Source: Klebsormidium nitens (taxonomy: Eukaryota; Plantae; Klebsormidiophyceae). Taken from it: a DNA stretch of 64,000 nt. The stretch covers positions 62,001-126,000 of the forward strand of contig DF237040.1 in assembly GCA_000708835.1 (NCBI GenBank), written 5' to 3'. The translations under genes and the position numbers were made by a program. The number at the start of each line of letters is the position of its first letter. Within the stretch, counting starts at the first letter, position 1. The notes beneath the pieces are model-generated. The model had not been told where the DNA came from, did not search any database, and worked only from the letters and a program-made list of their open reading frames with translations. Below, piece after piece: positions 36,868 through 49,700 of the stretch.

Positions 36868-39800
36868 CTAGATCCAGCTTTCTGCAAACAGTTCATCTTG
36901 GAGGACATTCTTGGCGCACCTGTACGTGAGGCTCCGTTTTCGGAACCCTCGAAGAGAGTGTTTCTCAGCAGGGGAGCATGCCTGCAAGAAACAGCTGATA
37001 TAGGGATGAGCGAAACGAGGCAAGAAGGTTCGGATCAATATATGCACCAAAAGTACCAAGGTAATGCTCGCTGGCGTTGTACGCGCGCGTGGCCGCCGGT
37101 CACACTCACTGGCCTGACGGTGACTCTCAGTGCGCGCAGCTGCGCGCAGCGCGACCCTTGCGATTGGCTAACGGTGTCACGTGGGCAGGGTTTTTTATCG
37201 ACATAACGTTTTGACATTTGAACAGCCGCCGGAGTCGAGGGAAAGAACAGGTCGGACGCTCTGGATAGCACCACAGAATCTTACTCTAGAAAGATTACCA
37301 CGTGAGACTAACCCGCTCTTTCCTGTTCCAGTCCATCCTAACCAGGAGCTTCTACGACGTGCTTCGATGAGTTGCGTTTCGAAGGAGATTGGAGGACTGC
37401 GCGGGAACAGACCGAGTCCTGCATAGGTTCGCTTAGCAAAGGCCCGTAAAAAATCAAGATGGCTGGCCTTGCTAGCAGATATGGTGAAAAGGGTGGGTTC
37501 GAAGAGCATTGCGGACTTACGAACGCCTTCTTGTTCAGCAATATGTCCACCAGGTAATGGATCCAGTAGACGTTGGTCTCGGGAAAGCTGCAAAAGAAGA
37601 CGACCTTTCGTGTCACGGGCAAGGTTCTACGTGAGTGATTGATAGTAGCTCAAGAATTGTTGCAGCAGGTAGAAGACTGCGTCTGTACCAAGAAACTTGC
37701 CGACGTCTTATTCAAGACTTTTGAGTTCAAAGCGCTGAGTTTCTGATGCGTTTTTACTCAATAGATGCAAGGGGTCTACCAAAGCACCAGGGTTCGATCC
37801 TCAAGGGCCAAACCCAGACTTGCAGTTTCACCAGTAGCCTTGAAAGGGACCGCATAAATAGTAACAAGCTTCAACTATTCGCATGTTGTCAAGTTGCATC
37901 AAGCCGGAGTCGCAACCAAGCCCTTTTCTGAACAGGACGTCCCTCACCTTCCCTCCCAGCAGCCCTTGGTCGCCTTTTTCATCCTACGGTAGGTGTCCGC
38001 CTGAACGATAGGAAATGACAAGATGCGTCAGGCCTGCGCCTTGGAAGTCGACGGTGTTCTTTTCGGTGTTGCAATGGAGGCGTGATTCGAAAGATCAAGG
38101 AATTCTAATCAGCTCTACACTGGGCGGGCAAGACGCGGCTCTGGCGGGCGTATTCTAGCCGAAGTCCAGTCGAGCAAGCGCCTCAGAAACGTTTCTCACC
38201 CCCGAACTCCGAGGATGACACGTCAAAAGAACAGCGCAGCCAGGAAGCGCCGAAACCACTAAACCAGAACGGGTCATCTAAGCCGACAGAAATCCATGCA
38301 TGCAGCTGTTCAGTGCACATGCCTTCTCGTCAGAAGCGCATCTGAACTTCTCCCCTTAGGTCCCCTCAGGAAGCAACATAAAGCGGGGTTATTGCGAGAC
38401 GTATTGCCTTCGTCTGAGAGTCCATTCAAAGGCGTCTGCAATGCCACGTGTCAGCTTACCTGGACGTCTCCCTTGGGCCCCTCGAAGAGCCACGTGTCAG
38501 CCGTCAGGTCGCAAAAGAGCACGCGGGGCCCCGCGTTGAGGCGCGAAAGCGTGAAGTCGATTAGCGCCACCGAGACGCCGCACGAGCGCGCGCGCAGCTC
38601 GCTCCCGTCCAGCCGGAAGCGCGCCTCGGCTTGGCCCCGCCGCGCCAGCAGTATGTTGCCCCTGAGCAGAATTCAAAATTTTGGATTTCGAAGCCTTCTT
38701 TTCGTGTGAATGGTCAATCAGCTTCTTCTATAATCGTCGGCCTTTAAACACAGTGAATTCAACCTCATTTTGGCCCCACCGCCAGCAAGATGTTGCCCCT
38801 GGACAGCCTTGCAAAAATTGGAGTTTTGAAGTATTTTGTCTGTGTACGAGTGCGAATATCATGTAACCATCGGGAATAAAAGGAAGTAAAAGAAATCTCC
38901 GCTTGGCCGCGCCGCGCCAGCAAGATGTTGCCCCTGAGCAGAAATCAAAATCTTGGATTGTTAAGCCTTCTTTTCGTTATATATATTCAACCAGCTTCTA
39001 GTGTAATCGTCGGCCGTGAAGGAAAGCGAGATCAACCTCGTCTTGGCCACGCCGCACCAGCAAGATGTTGCCCCTGAAAAAGTTGAAGAGACGATAATAA
39101 AAGCGTCTCAGCACCTTCTTCTGTATCCACACCCACGGTTCAGCGTAGCTGCTTTCAACGTCAGGCAACATTGTGGCCGTCAAGCGAATCAGGACAAAGG
39201 GGCATCCTGAGCTGCGACGCAATCTTCAAGCAGGAAATCCTTCTTCACATATCTGCAAGGTACATTTCAGGCACGTCGGACATTTTCCAAGTAGAACGAA
39301 CCGGAAACAGCATATCTACTAAAGTGCACATCGGTCACCCAGCTTTCTCCCGTTGATTTTTCTTCTCTAATGTTCCCAATGCACAAAAAACTTCTCTAAT
39401 GTTCCCAATGCACACGAGTTGTGTCAATCCTACAGCCTCAGCCAATGACCAAGACAAACACCATCGAAGGATGGCTTAGTCTCGCAAATTAAAGTTGCAA
39501 CCTGTAAATGCGTGACTCCAAAATGTTTCCGGCTCGTCTTTCTTCGACTTCTACAGTTTGCGTTTCAGACTCCATTCCATAACTGCGATCCCAACCCTGT
39601 CCACTCGAAAAAGAAGTACCTACACTTCTTGCTAACCAATCTTGCACCCTCGCCCCGCCAAAGCCAGCAAAGAGAAACCGTAATGCAATTGAATAGAGCT
39701 ATCGCCGAGCAGCGAACCCCTCACCAGTGCATGTCCCGATGCTCAAATTTGCAGGCTTGCTCCGCGACCGCGAGCGACGCCACGACTTGCAGGAGCAGGC

Positions 39801-42800
39801 TGACCGCCTCGGCGTAGGTGCGCAAAGTGAAGTGCTCTAAGTCGCTGCCGCCGTCCGCAAACGCAAACACCACGTACACCTGTACGAACTTTCGTAATGT
39901 ATACCAAGAAGAGTTCGCCTCTTTAAGCAATGAATGGAGTTGGTGAAAGGATTGCCGCCGACCGCACAGGCACAGACAAACTACAACCTTACGGACGCCC
40001 GAATCTGATACTAAAACGAGTTCGCTTCTGGGCATAAAGCAACTTGTTGCCAAGATATACGGCCGTCCGCAAACCTGACGACAACGACAACTGTACAGAC
40101 GTCCGCATGTGATACTAGATAGATTTCGTTTCTGGGAAGTAAATCGACCCGTGGTTGAGATGTGGCGCCGTCCGCAGAAGCGAACACCATATCATTGTAC
40201 GGACTTCCGCATTAACGCTAGAAGGATTCGCTGGTGGGCAGCGAATCATCCGTCGGAAGAGATTGCCGCCGTCCGCATAGACAACGTACACCAGGTTGGA
40301 CGTCCGAGCTCGTGCTAAAGAGATTGAGTTGACCTGCTGTATAGCAAGCTAATGTACGCCTTGGAGATGTCTGCGTTTCCTTTTGCCAGGGAACATGCCC
40401 CTCTCAAGGTCAATATGGGGCGTCACTCTTCATTACTCACTCGTTCTTTCACTCTGCCACTTCTCGAGGAGATAGTCACGATGCACGAGTTTGAAGGTCG
40501 TGCGATTACTCAATATTCCAGGCTCGATCGCGACGTCTTCGCTTCAGAGTGCCTCGTATCGAATTCAGGAAGTGTCTCACCTGGTCTTCCTGGAAGATGC
40601 GAGGGTGGTCGTTTTCCGACCCGTTTTCTTGATCCCACGCCTCCCACGCTGCCGTGAGCTCCTCCGAGTATGCGCCGCGGCAGATACCAACCCTGCGCAC
40701 AAGGAGCAAGTGAAGTATTAAAACCAGCACTCACGCCGGATGTATCTACTTTTTTAAAAGTCTGAGCCAGCAGTCGGGAAATCAGTCTCTTGTCAGGATT
40801 CTCGATGGTTCGGATCTAAGCACAGGCAGTCGAGCACAGCTTGCACAACCAAGCATGTTTTCGTAAGTGGTACTTAGCATTGATACGTTGAAGTAGAGGA
40901 TTGCTCTTTAGGTCACCTATCCAAAAACAGCATTTGCAGATTGCCAGTTGGGGCCAGAACCCCTTTCTGATCATAGACATCTCTTCGTGGTACGTAAAGA
41001 TGCACTTGTCAATCCGAAGGTCTCCTTGCTTGGCTGATTACCAGAGCGCAACAGAAACGTGACACGGGGCGCGCTCTCACCCGAATGTCTGGATGAAGTT
41101 GTCGGACGCGTTGTCGGGAAGTGCGTCCGTGTCCGATCCGAAGCGGATGGAGGTTATTGCGTTCGTCAGCAGGACTTCGCTGTACATCTCCTCCACAGTC
41201 TGCGAAGTAATAATGACGTCAGGTGTGAATGTCAGTGGCGTCTTTGCACCCAGGTTTCAGCCGGTTAGTACAAGTTTCGATCTCGAGCGGGCAATCGAGC
41301 AGAAGTTCGCACTCTGCAAGAAGGTTGTTTGGGCTTGACTCCTAAATACGGGTCGTGAACCTGAGGGTGACGTCAGCAGGTTTAGCAGGGTCAGCATGCA
41401 GCCCCGAGTCGCAGCGATTGCTCAAGTAGGAGCAGGCGAGAGCAGTGATGTCACCTTTTGCGCCTCGCCGTTGACCTTGACGTCACAGCCCATCGGGACG
41501 ATCTTGAAGCACATGTCGCCCGCCCTTAACGCCTCACCAAAGGTACCTTCGCCCAGCTTGCTCAGCTTGTCGACGGGGCTAGAGGTGGAAGTAAAAGCAT
41601 TATCAATCAAAACGTGCCTTATATGTGTCCTCTGAGAAAATTCGTGCTATACACCGAAGCTGCTTCTCGTTGTGGAGACGACCACACGAAAGAAGCGGCG
41701 TCACCCTCTGCAAGTGAGGTCTATTGCTTACTGATATCTGCTGCATGGATCTTGTGTCTCGCCGCTTACGGTTGCAGGCTAACGTACTCTTCTCGCAGTC
41801 TAGTCTAACTTAAGATGGCCAGAGAAAAGTTCTGACCCTCCTGGCAACAAGCAGCAGAAAGCCTAACCAGATTTGAAATGGGGGTTCCCTTATTCAAACG
41901 ACTGGCTGCTGAGGGCCTGAGAAAATGATCGAATGCGAAAAGGGCAGGGGCGAATTGCTAGTGAACGGCAATTTTTTAACGAGCGAATGAATAACGAGCC
42001 AGATTAACACGCAGAGACAAGCGAGCAGGTTGATTGGAATCAGATGACCTGATTAACGAGGTGCCATTGAGCCGCAATAAACCGAAACGCAACAGCAAGG
42101 AAGCAAGCAGACATGAACTCTCACTAGAACCTGGAGATGTACTCGTTGAGCCCCAGCATCGTGTCCTGCCCGCACGCCCTTAAGATCGCCTGCAGTGGCG
42201 TCTCCGGTTCTCTGGCGACCTTCCCAGGCTTCGCCAGGCTGCTCCGTCGCCTGCTTAGCCTCCGCGCCCCATTCACGCTCCTCCGGACATCCCTCCCTCC
42301 GAAAACGTCATCGTTGACTGGGGCAGCGTCTAGGGACAGCTGGCCCAGCCCTCTGCTGACGTCAGCAACGGCTACACTGCTGACGTCAGCCACGGTTTGG
42401 TCAGCCGCTGGAGCCAGCTTCTTGCCCCTCGCTCGCGCTAGTTCGCTCGGGCTGGTGCGACGGCTGCGGGGCACGTTGGGCGGGACCTCGTCGAAGACCA
42501 GCCGCCGGACGCTCCTATCTGCTGCGCCGTCGGTTTTGGTCGTCGCCTTGCCGTCTGAAACTGCCGCTGCCTTGGCGTCCAAAAGTGCCCCTTCTTGCAA
42601 ATCGTTCCCCTCCCCTGCCGAAGCTTCAGAAATTTCCAGAATCGGCTCCAACCCCAGCCCAGTAGCGTTAGCAATCGAGGCTCCACGCACGTTCTCTTCT
42701 CTCGAGCTAAGATTCTCTTGATCTGTGATGCTTGCAACACTCTCCGGTGCCCCTTCCAAGTCCCTTTCTTCCCGCAATGCTGAAGCGCCATCCCCAGCCC

Positions 42801-45800
42801 CTGCTTCTGCAAGCTCTGGACTTTCCCGGTGCTCCCCCGCCTCTCCTTCGCGCAAGTCCTCGTCGGCGACATCCTCCTCTGCCACTGCCTCAAGTGGTCG
42901 CCATCTCCTCTGCGCCTCAAACTCCGGGTGCTCTACACTGAAGTCTTCTTCGTCAGCCTCAGTGACGAAACGAGGGGACCGCTGATCGGCGTCCGGCTGC
43001 GGGCTTTCTTCTTCCAGCTCGTATGCCTCGACGCCAGCGAAGTAAGCCAGGCGTTCCTGGACGAAGTCTTGAGGGAGGGACGGAAGGGGCTTGTACATTG
43101 TTCTCTGCATAAGAATGATGTGCTAAATTTAACAGGGATGTAAGGATGGAAAAGCGGGAAATCTCTCTGAAAAGGAGCGTTCCATTTATGCTGAATGACG
43201 TAGATAGGCAAGCTGAAGACCTGAAGGAGAGCCCCTTCTCCCACAACATCAGAACACTTCAAACGGGCTGGTGGTGACTTCCGTGACCAAAGGTGCGATG
43301 CTACTCTTTTAAGTGTTTTCACCAGGCTCTTCAAGCAAATCTTGCTTCAGTGTAGGAAAAGCCAGTTTGCTAACATACTAGCAGAGCTGCACATCTGAGA
43401 GACAAAGTGAGCCGAGACCCGTGATCGCTGAGATAATACCATGGCCCTCTGCCTCTTCACTGATAGACTTCCTTGGCTCCAGTTCTGAGAAGCTATTGGC
43501 AAAGTGTGTCCTTACGAGTACTAATGGGCGCTCCGCCGGATCAGGAGTTGGTGGTGCAGAGGCGTCGTCATCCTCAGAGTCCTCGTCTGAGCTTTCGCTC
43601 TCGCTCTCACTGCTCGGGAGGATGGGCTGTTCCAGCATAATGCTGTGCCGCCTGTATCAAGCAAGCAGGAAGCAAAGAAGCAAACAAGTGGTTAAGCCTT
43701 GCCAATGATGTGTTTCGGACATACTCAATTGTAACTAGTAAAGTAGTGTGCTAGTATTCTATGACAGATAGGTGAAGCTCTTGTTAATGGCGGAAGCGCT
43801 GAATGCTAACTTGGTTCAGTCCTGCCTCTTGCATAAAACCTTCTCATTGAAGGTGTTGGAGAGAAATTTTCTGAGGTTCAAGAAGATCAGAACACACATA
43901 GGAAGCGAAGCGGGCAGACTAAGCAGGACTTAGATCAATGCTAAACTCATCAAGCGGTGGCGCGAATCTGATTGGATAACCTGATTAGCGATGTTCTGCA
44001 ACCGAGCAACTTGATTCTGAAGGTGAAGCTTCCACAGGGTCTTATCATGTGGACACGATTTTGAAGCTGGCAAATCAGATCAGGTCGCTAGACCGTGGGC
44101 TTGTTGGGGGAAGATCAATAAGAATGTAAACAATCAACCGCGCATATCTGAGGTACATCTGCTGAATGTTTGATCGAGAAGTAACCATACCTGGCTGACA
44201 GCGCACGGTGTACCCAGCTCGGTCGGCTGACCCGCACCCCTGCCGCTGGACCAGCCGCCAACTGAATCCTGGTAAAGCACAGAAAGGTGCACAATTTACA
44301 GATAGACTGTTTTTCCACAGTACCTATGCTGTCTGGAGGCCCGAATGACGAATGTTTCTCACAGTCAGGGGCAGAGGTTTACAGATCTTGAGCGGGCAGC
44401 CAAAGGAATACCTACTATGTTTCCTGCAGTAGTTTGTCATGCCTGACTGTCACACCAAGCATTCCGGGCCATGCTGTACACCTTTCCTCAATCTGCTGTA
44501 TGAGCAACCAAGTTCCCTCACTTTGGCCGCAGTCCTTCGCGGCTCTTTTCTGCTTGGGTGGCGACCATCCTCCGTCGCCTCTGGTAGACCTGCGTGCCTT
44601 GCCCAGACGTGCTAGCTTCTGATTGGCCCATCCACTCGGGTACCTGGATCAAGCGCAGCGATGAAAGTACAGTGAAAAAGAGTAGTTGGTACAACAGCCT
44701 GCCTGCCTATGGTAATTAGGGATAAGAATGGTTCAAACGCCGTCCTGCCTTCCTACCCATGGTAACTAAAATAGGATAATGTACTTCCTTTTAGGTAGTC
44801 CCTCCTTGCTGGCTCCAGAAATGTTTGATAAGACTCCTTTTGGAGCAGCAAGCTGAGTTTGCGTTCACAGTGAAGACCAGCAGTGATCAGTGCCCTTAGG
44901 ATGTCTGGAGAGATGCTGAAAGAAGATTTGGCGAAGCTCACATCTTCGAAGTCTGCCCGCCCGGCGTCTCTTGGTGCAGCGTTCTCTCGCTGATGATCCA
45001 CCTCAATTGAAACCGGATTCTTACCCATGATGATCTGCTTCAGGTCTCTGCTCTTATCAGCTAAAGTGCAATTCCAAACGTTGGTCACGCACACCTATCT
45101 TCCCATGCCCCTCTAGTTTACGGGGCCATTTGCTGACTAGCAAGTTCTCAATCCTCACTATGTGCTCAAAGGCTTTTCTTGTTGTAGGTGTGTTTGATGG
45201 ATGCCTTAGTCTGTCAGCAGGTTAGCATTGTGAAGAGTATACTGAATCACCTTGCTCTCTCTGCTTCACGGATGCTCAATTGTATTTTCATCATCCCTTG
45301 CAGAGAGCACAGTCGTTCCAATTTTCCTTTTACAGTTTACCAGTACAGTTCGCGAGCATCTTGACTCAATGGCTACCGGCCGCCTGTAACCTTTGCACGG
45401 CTCCGACTAAAAGGAGACACCTACGTAAGGAGACAGGATACGGGATCACCGCATGAAAACGCTTTCTTACGATAGGACTTTTGGACTGCGCTCCGCTCTC
45501 AACGTAAGAGCTTGCATTGGTGCAGCATCAACCTGGTTTTTCTAAATTTGGGGCTCTGTCACACCGTCTCACACGTGAACCTCATTGAAGTTGAGCAGCA
45601 AGTAGGTTGCATCAAGCTTCTTTTAAAAATCCTCACAGAAAGCTGCACAGGTGCCAGCTGCCAGCCCACGGCTGCCCACCTCTGCAAAGTTGGAACATTT
45701 TGAGTTTGAAAAGTAATCAGGAAACCCCTAACCCTCCGCGCGGCAGCCTGGCATGATCGACGCGCGGCCGCGTTCGTAATGAACACGCGCGGCGGCCGTG

Positions 45801-45842
45801 CGCACGACTCCCCGCGGCCTGCAGGCAACTTTCGCCTGCCAT
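36868..45842 (-). CDS. HASPIN: Haspin-family Ser/Thr kinase (histone H3T3 kinase); 5' exons tentative
   Basis: Frame-consistent exons: ~44261-44191, 43651-43516, 43104-42131, 41578-41455, 41199-41081, 40692-40581, 39879-39725, 38661-38460, 38000-37948, 37587-37521, 36981-36868. Motifs SWVHRALSAR, AYFAGVEAYELEEESP, KLGEGTFGEA, FKIVP, FEHRDMHWGNILL, IDFTLSR, FEGPKGDVQADTYRRM and TNVYWIHYLVDILL. The start near 45842 is uncertain. Confidence 0.9.
38765..39100 (-). repeat. Three decayed tandem copies of the acceptor and 5' end of haspin exon 38661-38460
   Basis: CAG|G GGC AAC ATC TTG CTG G.. recurs with exon-start positions 39073, 38933 and 38798; the real exon starts at 38661. Confidence 0.9.
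39362..39414. repeat. ~24-bp direct duplication in a haspin intron
   Basis: cttctctaatgttcccaatgcaca occurs twice. Confidence 0.85.
40061..40295 (-). repeat. Three decayed tandem copies of the acceptor and 5' end of haspin exon 39879-39725
   Basis: Real exon: GTACAG|GTGTACGTGGTGTTTGCGTTTGCGGACGGCGGCA. Copies at about 40100-40061, 40200-40164 and 40293-40263 share GTACA, GTGT and TGCGGACGGC blocks. Confidence 0.8.
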
Positions 45843-46703
45843 GGCGATCCGACGCCTGTCTTAGCGAGCGGACCGTCTCGTTAGACGGCAAGGTCCAGAC
45901 TGGGTCCTTGAGAGCCCACAGCTCTTATATTGTAAACTAAAGCTGTAGGAGCCTTCACATCTCCGCTACCTCCTTAAATAAGCTCCGAACACGCACCAGA
46001 GCTTTGCGGCAATATATATCAATAGGCCGCCCCCAAACTCCCCCCAAACATGCATGAGCCATGCTTTGACAACCGTTGAGAACATATGGCGGCCGGCCGC
46101 ACTGCAATCCGATTTGCCCGGGCCAGTTATAAAATCCACCGTATGTGACTTCGCAAAAAATTGGAAGATTCTTGCGACCAGAACCTAGTTGCGTAATATA
46201 TCACTTGATGCATCACACTACATTCATGACAAAAGTTCCGTTCCAAGAATGTTATAGCGGAACAGCAGTGATCGGGGATTGTTGGGCCTTGCGTAATGTC
46301 GATCGGAGGGAATGCAGAACTGCAGCCCTACTCGTGTTTTCGTTTTTGCTAGCTATTACCTTCTTGAATGAGATTAGTGGTGCCCTTGTCCGGATGCAAT
46401 TTTCGCTTCCGCTGGAAGTGACGTTGTGTCGAGTTCAGCGGGTTAAATCTATCCTAAACCTAGCTACATTAAAGTGTCAACCTACGACTGGCGCAGTGCA
46501 ATGATCAATCAATAAGGTTCATCTACAAACTACATGTAACCTTGCTAGCTCAAAGCCAGAACAACTCACAAGACAATCTTGTCTCGGCAAAGCGAACCAA
46601 TGACCATGGCGCTGAGAGGCACAAGGGATGGTCAACACGTCGCGATTAGTTGCTTCGTCTTCCGGGTCTTGTGGTCCGCATGAGAGCGAAAGCTTGCTGC
46701 CGC

Positions 46704-49700
46704 TCAGAAGTTTTCCTTAAAGTATTCAAAGTGCGTACTCTCTCCCGTGTACTTGCAACACAGCTGGCAGAGCTTGTTGCTCAGCGTTCGGGGGCCGCAA
46801 AAGAAGACGCCTGCAAGTTACGAGAAGCCTTCTGATCAGAGGGAACGTGTTTGTAAAACGGCCTTCTTTCTGTTGCCCTCCTTTGTCAGCACATGCAAAA
46901 TACTCGCTTACTTCAAGCGGTTCGTGCTGGTAATTTCCGCGATTGAAGCAATTGAGGGCATATACACAGGAAGGTTTGGCTGCTAACCACGTTCGATGAC
47001 CACACTTCAGTCTGGTTCTTTGACCAATAACCGCGTTATAGTCATGTTCAAAACCTGGTTACTTAACCAGCTTCGAACCAGCCCGTAACCGACTGTGGTT
47101 GACCGCAAAAACCATGTGCATGCTATTGTCCAGTAATCGAGTACAGCTTTGGATCGGCATCTTTGAAGAGGGAAAATTCCTGCTACAAGAAAATTTCCAG
47201 GGGCTTTTTTTCGGGGCTTTTTTTCGGCAGCGCTTTTACACAGCCGCTGACGAGGAATTCGAACTTCATTGTACATCAATCAACTCACAGCCCCCGAGAA
47301 ATGCTGTTATCTGTCAGCGTGAGCGGAGGATTCTCCTGATCATTTGTTCCGCCCCAGGACCCACGTTTACGATACGGGAATGCAAAAGAGTATGAATCCA
47401 TTCTCTTACCGATCCTCGTGTTAGGGTGCCGTCTTCGAGCGCGTGCAAATACCTTGTCCCAGTCTGGCCGACCCAGATTAGTACCCATCTGCGGCAGAGA
47501 GTCGGCCAATCCTTTAGAAACTGATGAGCCTCGACGGGCAACGCCCGCTGGGACGCTGAATGCGTCACCAAATTGAAAGCACTGACGTTTCTGTCGAACT
47601 GTGACCGTGCTTCGAGAAAACGTTTCCATCGCAAATAGAGGCGTTCTTTCATGAGGTATCAGTGGGAGACCCACACTTTACCCAGTTTGCAAACGTGCTC
47701 CGCAACCGTGAAACGAAAGGCTGAAGCCAAGGTTTGGATTTGAAGGTTTTAGGGTTTAGGAATATTTAACCCACCTGTACATCTACATCATCGTCGTGCA
47801 CTTCCTGTATCGTGCTCTCCATCGAGCCAGCCGGCGTGATCCTGGTCTCGTCGACCTTGCCTTGCTGCGTCAAGTAACTGTTGAGTTCCACCATAGACTG
47901 CGACAAGGAGCGGTTGAAAGGGTCAGTCAGGCACTAAGGATAGCTGAAGTCCTAAAGTGGAGATCCGCTGTCACAAAAGCCTGGCTCGTCGCAGAACCGA
48001 GAGGCTACCGCGTCAGAGTCGTCTTGACGTCCGCGCACGTCAGTTTGGGTGCCTGGTCCTCCTTCCGAGAAACAGATTTGAGCTCCAAGGCTTATAGGGA
48101 CACTTGTGACCATGCAACGTCGGCTGGAAATGCACACGCCAAAATCTTCTGAGATGAGACGGTGGGAGCCCAGATCTCCAGGCAGGAGATAAGAAAGATT
48201 TTAGAGCACCTAACGACCACCGGGAGTCTTTGCAAGAAGCTCGAGACTCAGACGCGCGGAGGAACTCGAGCTTGCATTCCGAATCACGAGTAAGCGCTAC
48301 CCTTTTCTGCTGCGCTAACTTCAGTCCTGCTGTCCGGCTCAAGATGCCTTCAAAATTACATTAGCCCAAACTTCAATGGGCGACTGAGTATTGTGCTCTG
48401 CAAACAGCTGGCCTGGATCTGTGACAACCGTGTGAGCGGACGGGGAACTAGATCGGAGACGCACCTGCGCAGGGCTCACTCCGGTGCGGCCCAAGAAGTC
48501 GCTGAGGTGTCGGCGGAACCACGTCAGCCCCGCGCGATCCTTTGTCGCCCAGTAGAGATACACCTTCTCAACGCGCGCGAGCCGCGCCGACCGTTGATTG
48601 TCGTCGGACGGCCCAGGGGGAGTCTGGGTCCTGACAGTCTTTTCTGTGGAGCTTGGCGATATGAGTGCCTGCAATAAAAGAGTATCGGAGGTTTCAGAAG
48701 AGTAGAAAGTCAAGGAGGAAAGGCAACCTTGACCAAGCCATGTGAGACACCAGGTTTAATGAAAGCAAAGCGTTAAGCGTTCCCTTCAGATGATTTAAGG
48801 GAGTGCGGGTTGGGCTGTTTGTCGATGCTAGCGGGCAAAAGCTCCAATAATTCGCGAATTGTCTGATGCTGATCGTTTGCAATGGATCGGCATGTTCATA
48901 CAAACCGCTGCCGTTATCCGGACTGCTGGACTGGCAGGGCACGGCTTTGGCGCAGCTGCGATAGATCGACCAAGCGACCTAAACTAGAACGAACGGCAAC
49001 GAGTCGCCACCTGCCTGCGCTTGATACTATTGTTGAATCCCGTACAGACGTTTGCAACGTTCCAGACGGCTTCATATTTTCGGGCGCGAATATAAAGACC
49101 GTCAATCCGGAAAAGTTCAGCCGTTCAAGATCATTAGTGTGTTCAAAGTAAACCCACCTGCCGCGCATTGCGCTCCATCTGGTGGTGACACTCGCGCATT
49201 ACGCTCGCGAAGGGAGTCAGCCCGATCCCCGCGCCAATCAGCATCACCACTTTGAACTTGTGGAAGTCCTGAGCGGGCGCGCCAAATGGACCGTCGATGA
49301 GCAGTCGAGGATATGCGGTTGGAGAGGGCGTTCCGGCTTCCAGATCGGACTCCTTTCCGGCGGAAGCCTCCTTTCCGGCGAAAGGCTCTTTTTCTATAGC
49401 CTGTAGGTGGAGCTTGCAGTCAGTGAGAGGTGGGAAAGTCTGGGGTTGTTGCGCCGCTTCGCTTTAAAATTAATCGCTTGAGCTAGTAGAAAGGTCGCGG
49501 GAAAAGAGGGTTTACAACGGCGAGCTCTTTGGATATTGATATGGGAAGGGCTACCATAACAAGCTGATGAATCTCGAAGGCTTTCGGGAAAGTGTACTCC
49601 GCGAGTGTGATGTTGAAATGCAACGACGATGGCACCGATGCTTGCAAACCAATGTTTTATGGAGCCACGTTCTTTTTCCCAGCGATCCGCACCCGAAGAT

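Noticed and set aside
37461-37560. Plus-strand ATG..AG|GTAATG exon-like segment
   Set aside because: It overlaps a haspin exon in antisense and has no downstream partner exon.
38661-40300. Regularly spaced repeats with differing spacers, read as a CRISPR-like array
   Set aside because: The repeats are copies of haspin exon starts, alternate spacers are homologous, and the context is eukaryotic with no cas genes.
47747-47760. TTTTAGGGTTTAGG interstitial telomere-like sequence (similar words at 14111, 45722 and 50286)
   Set aside because: Only one or two units each, consistent with common telo-box words and not a telomeric array.
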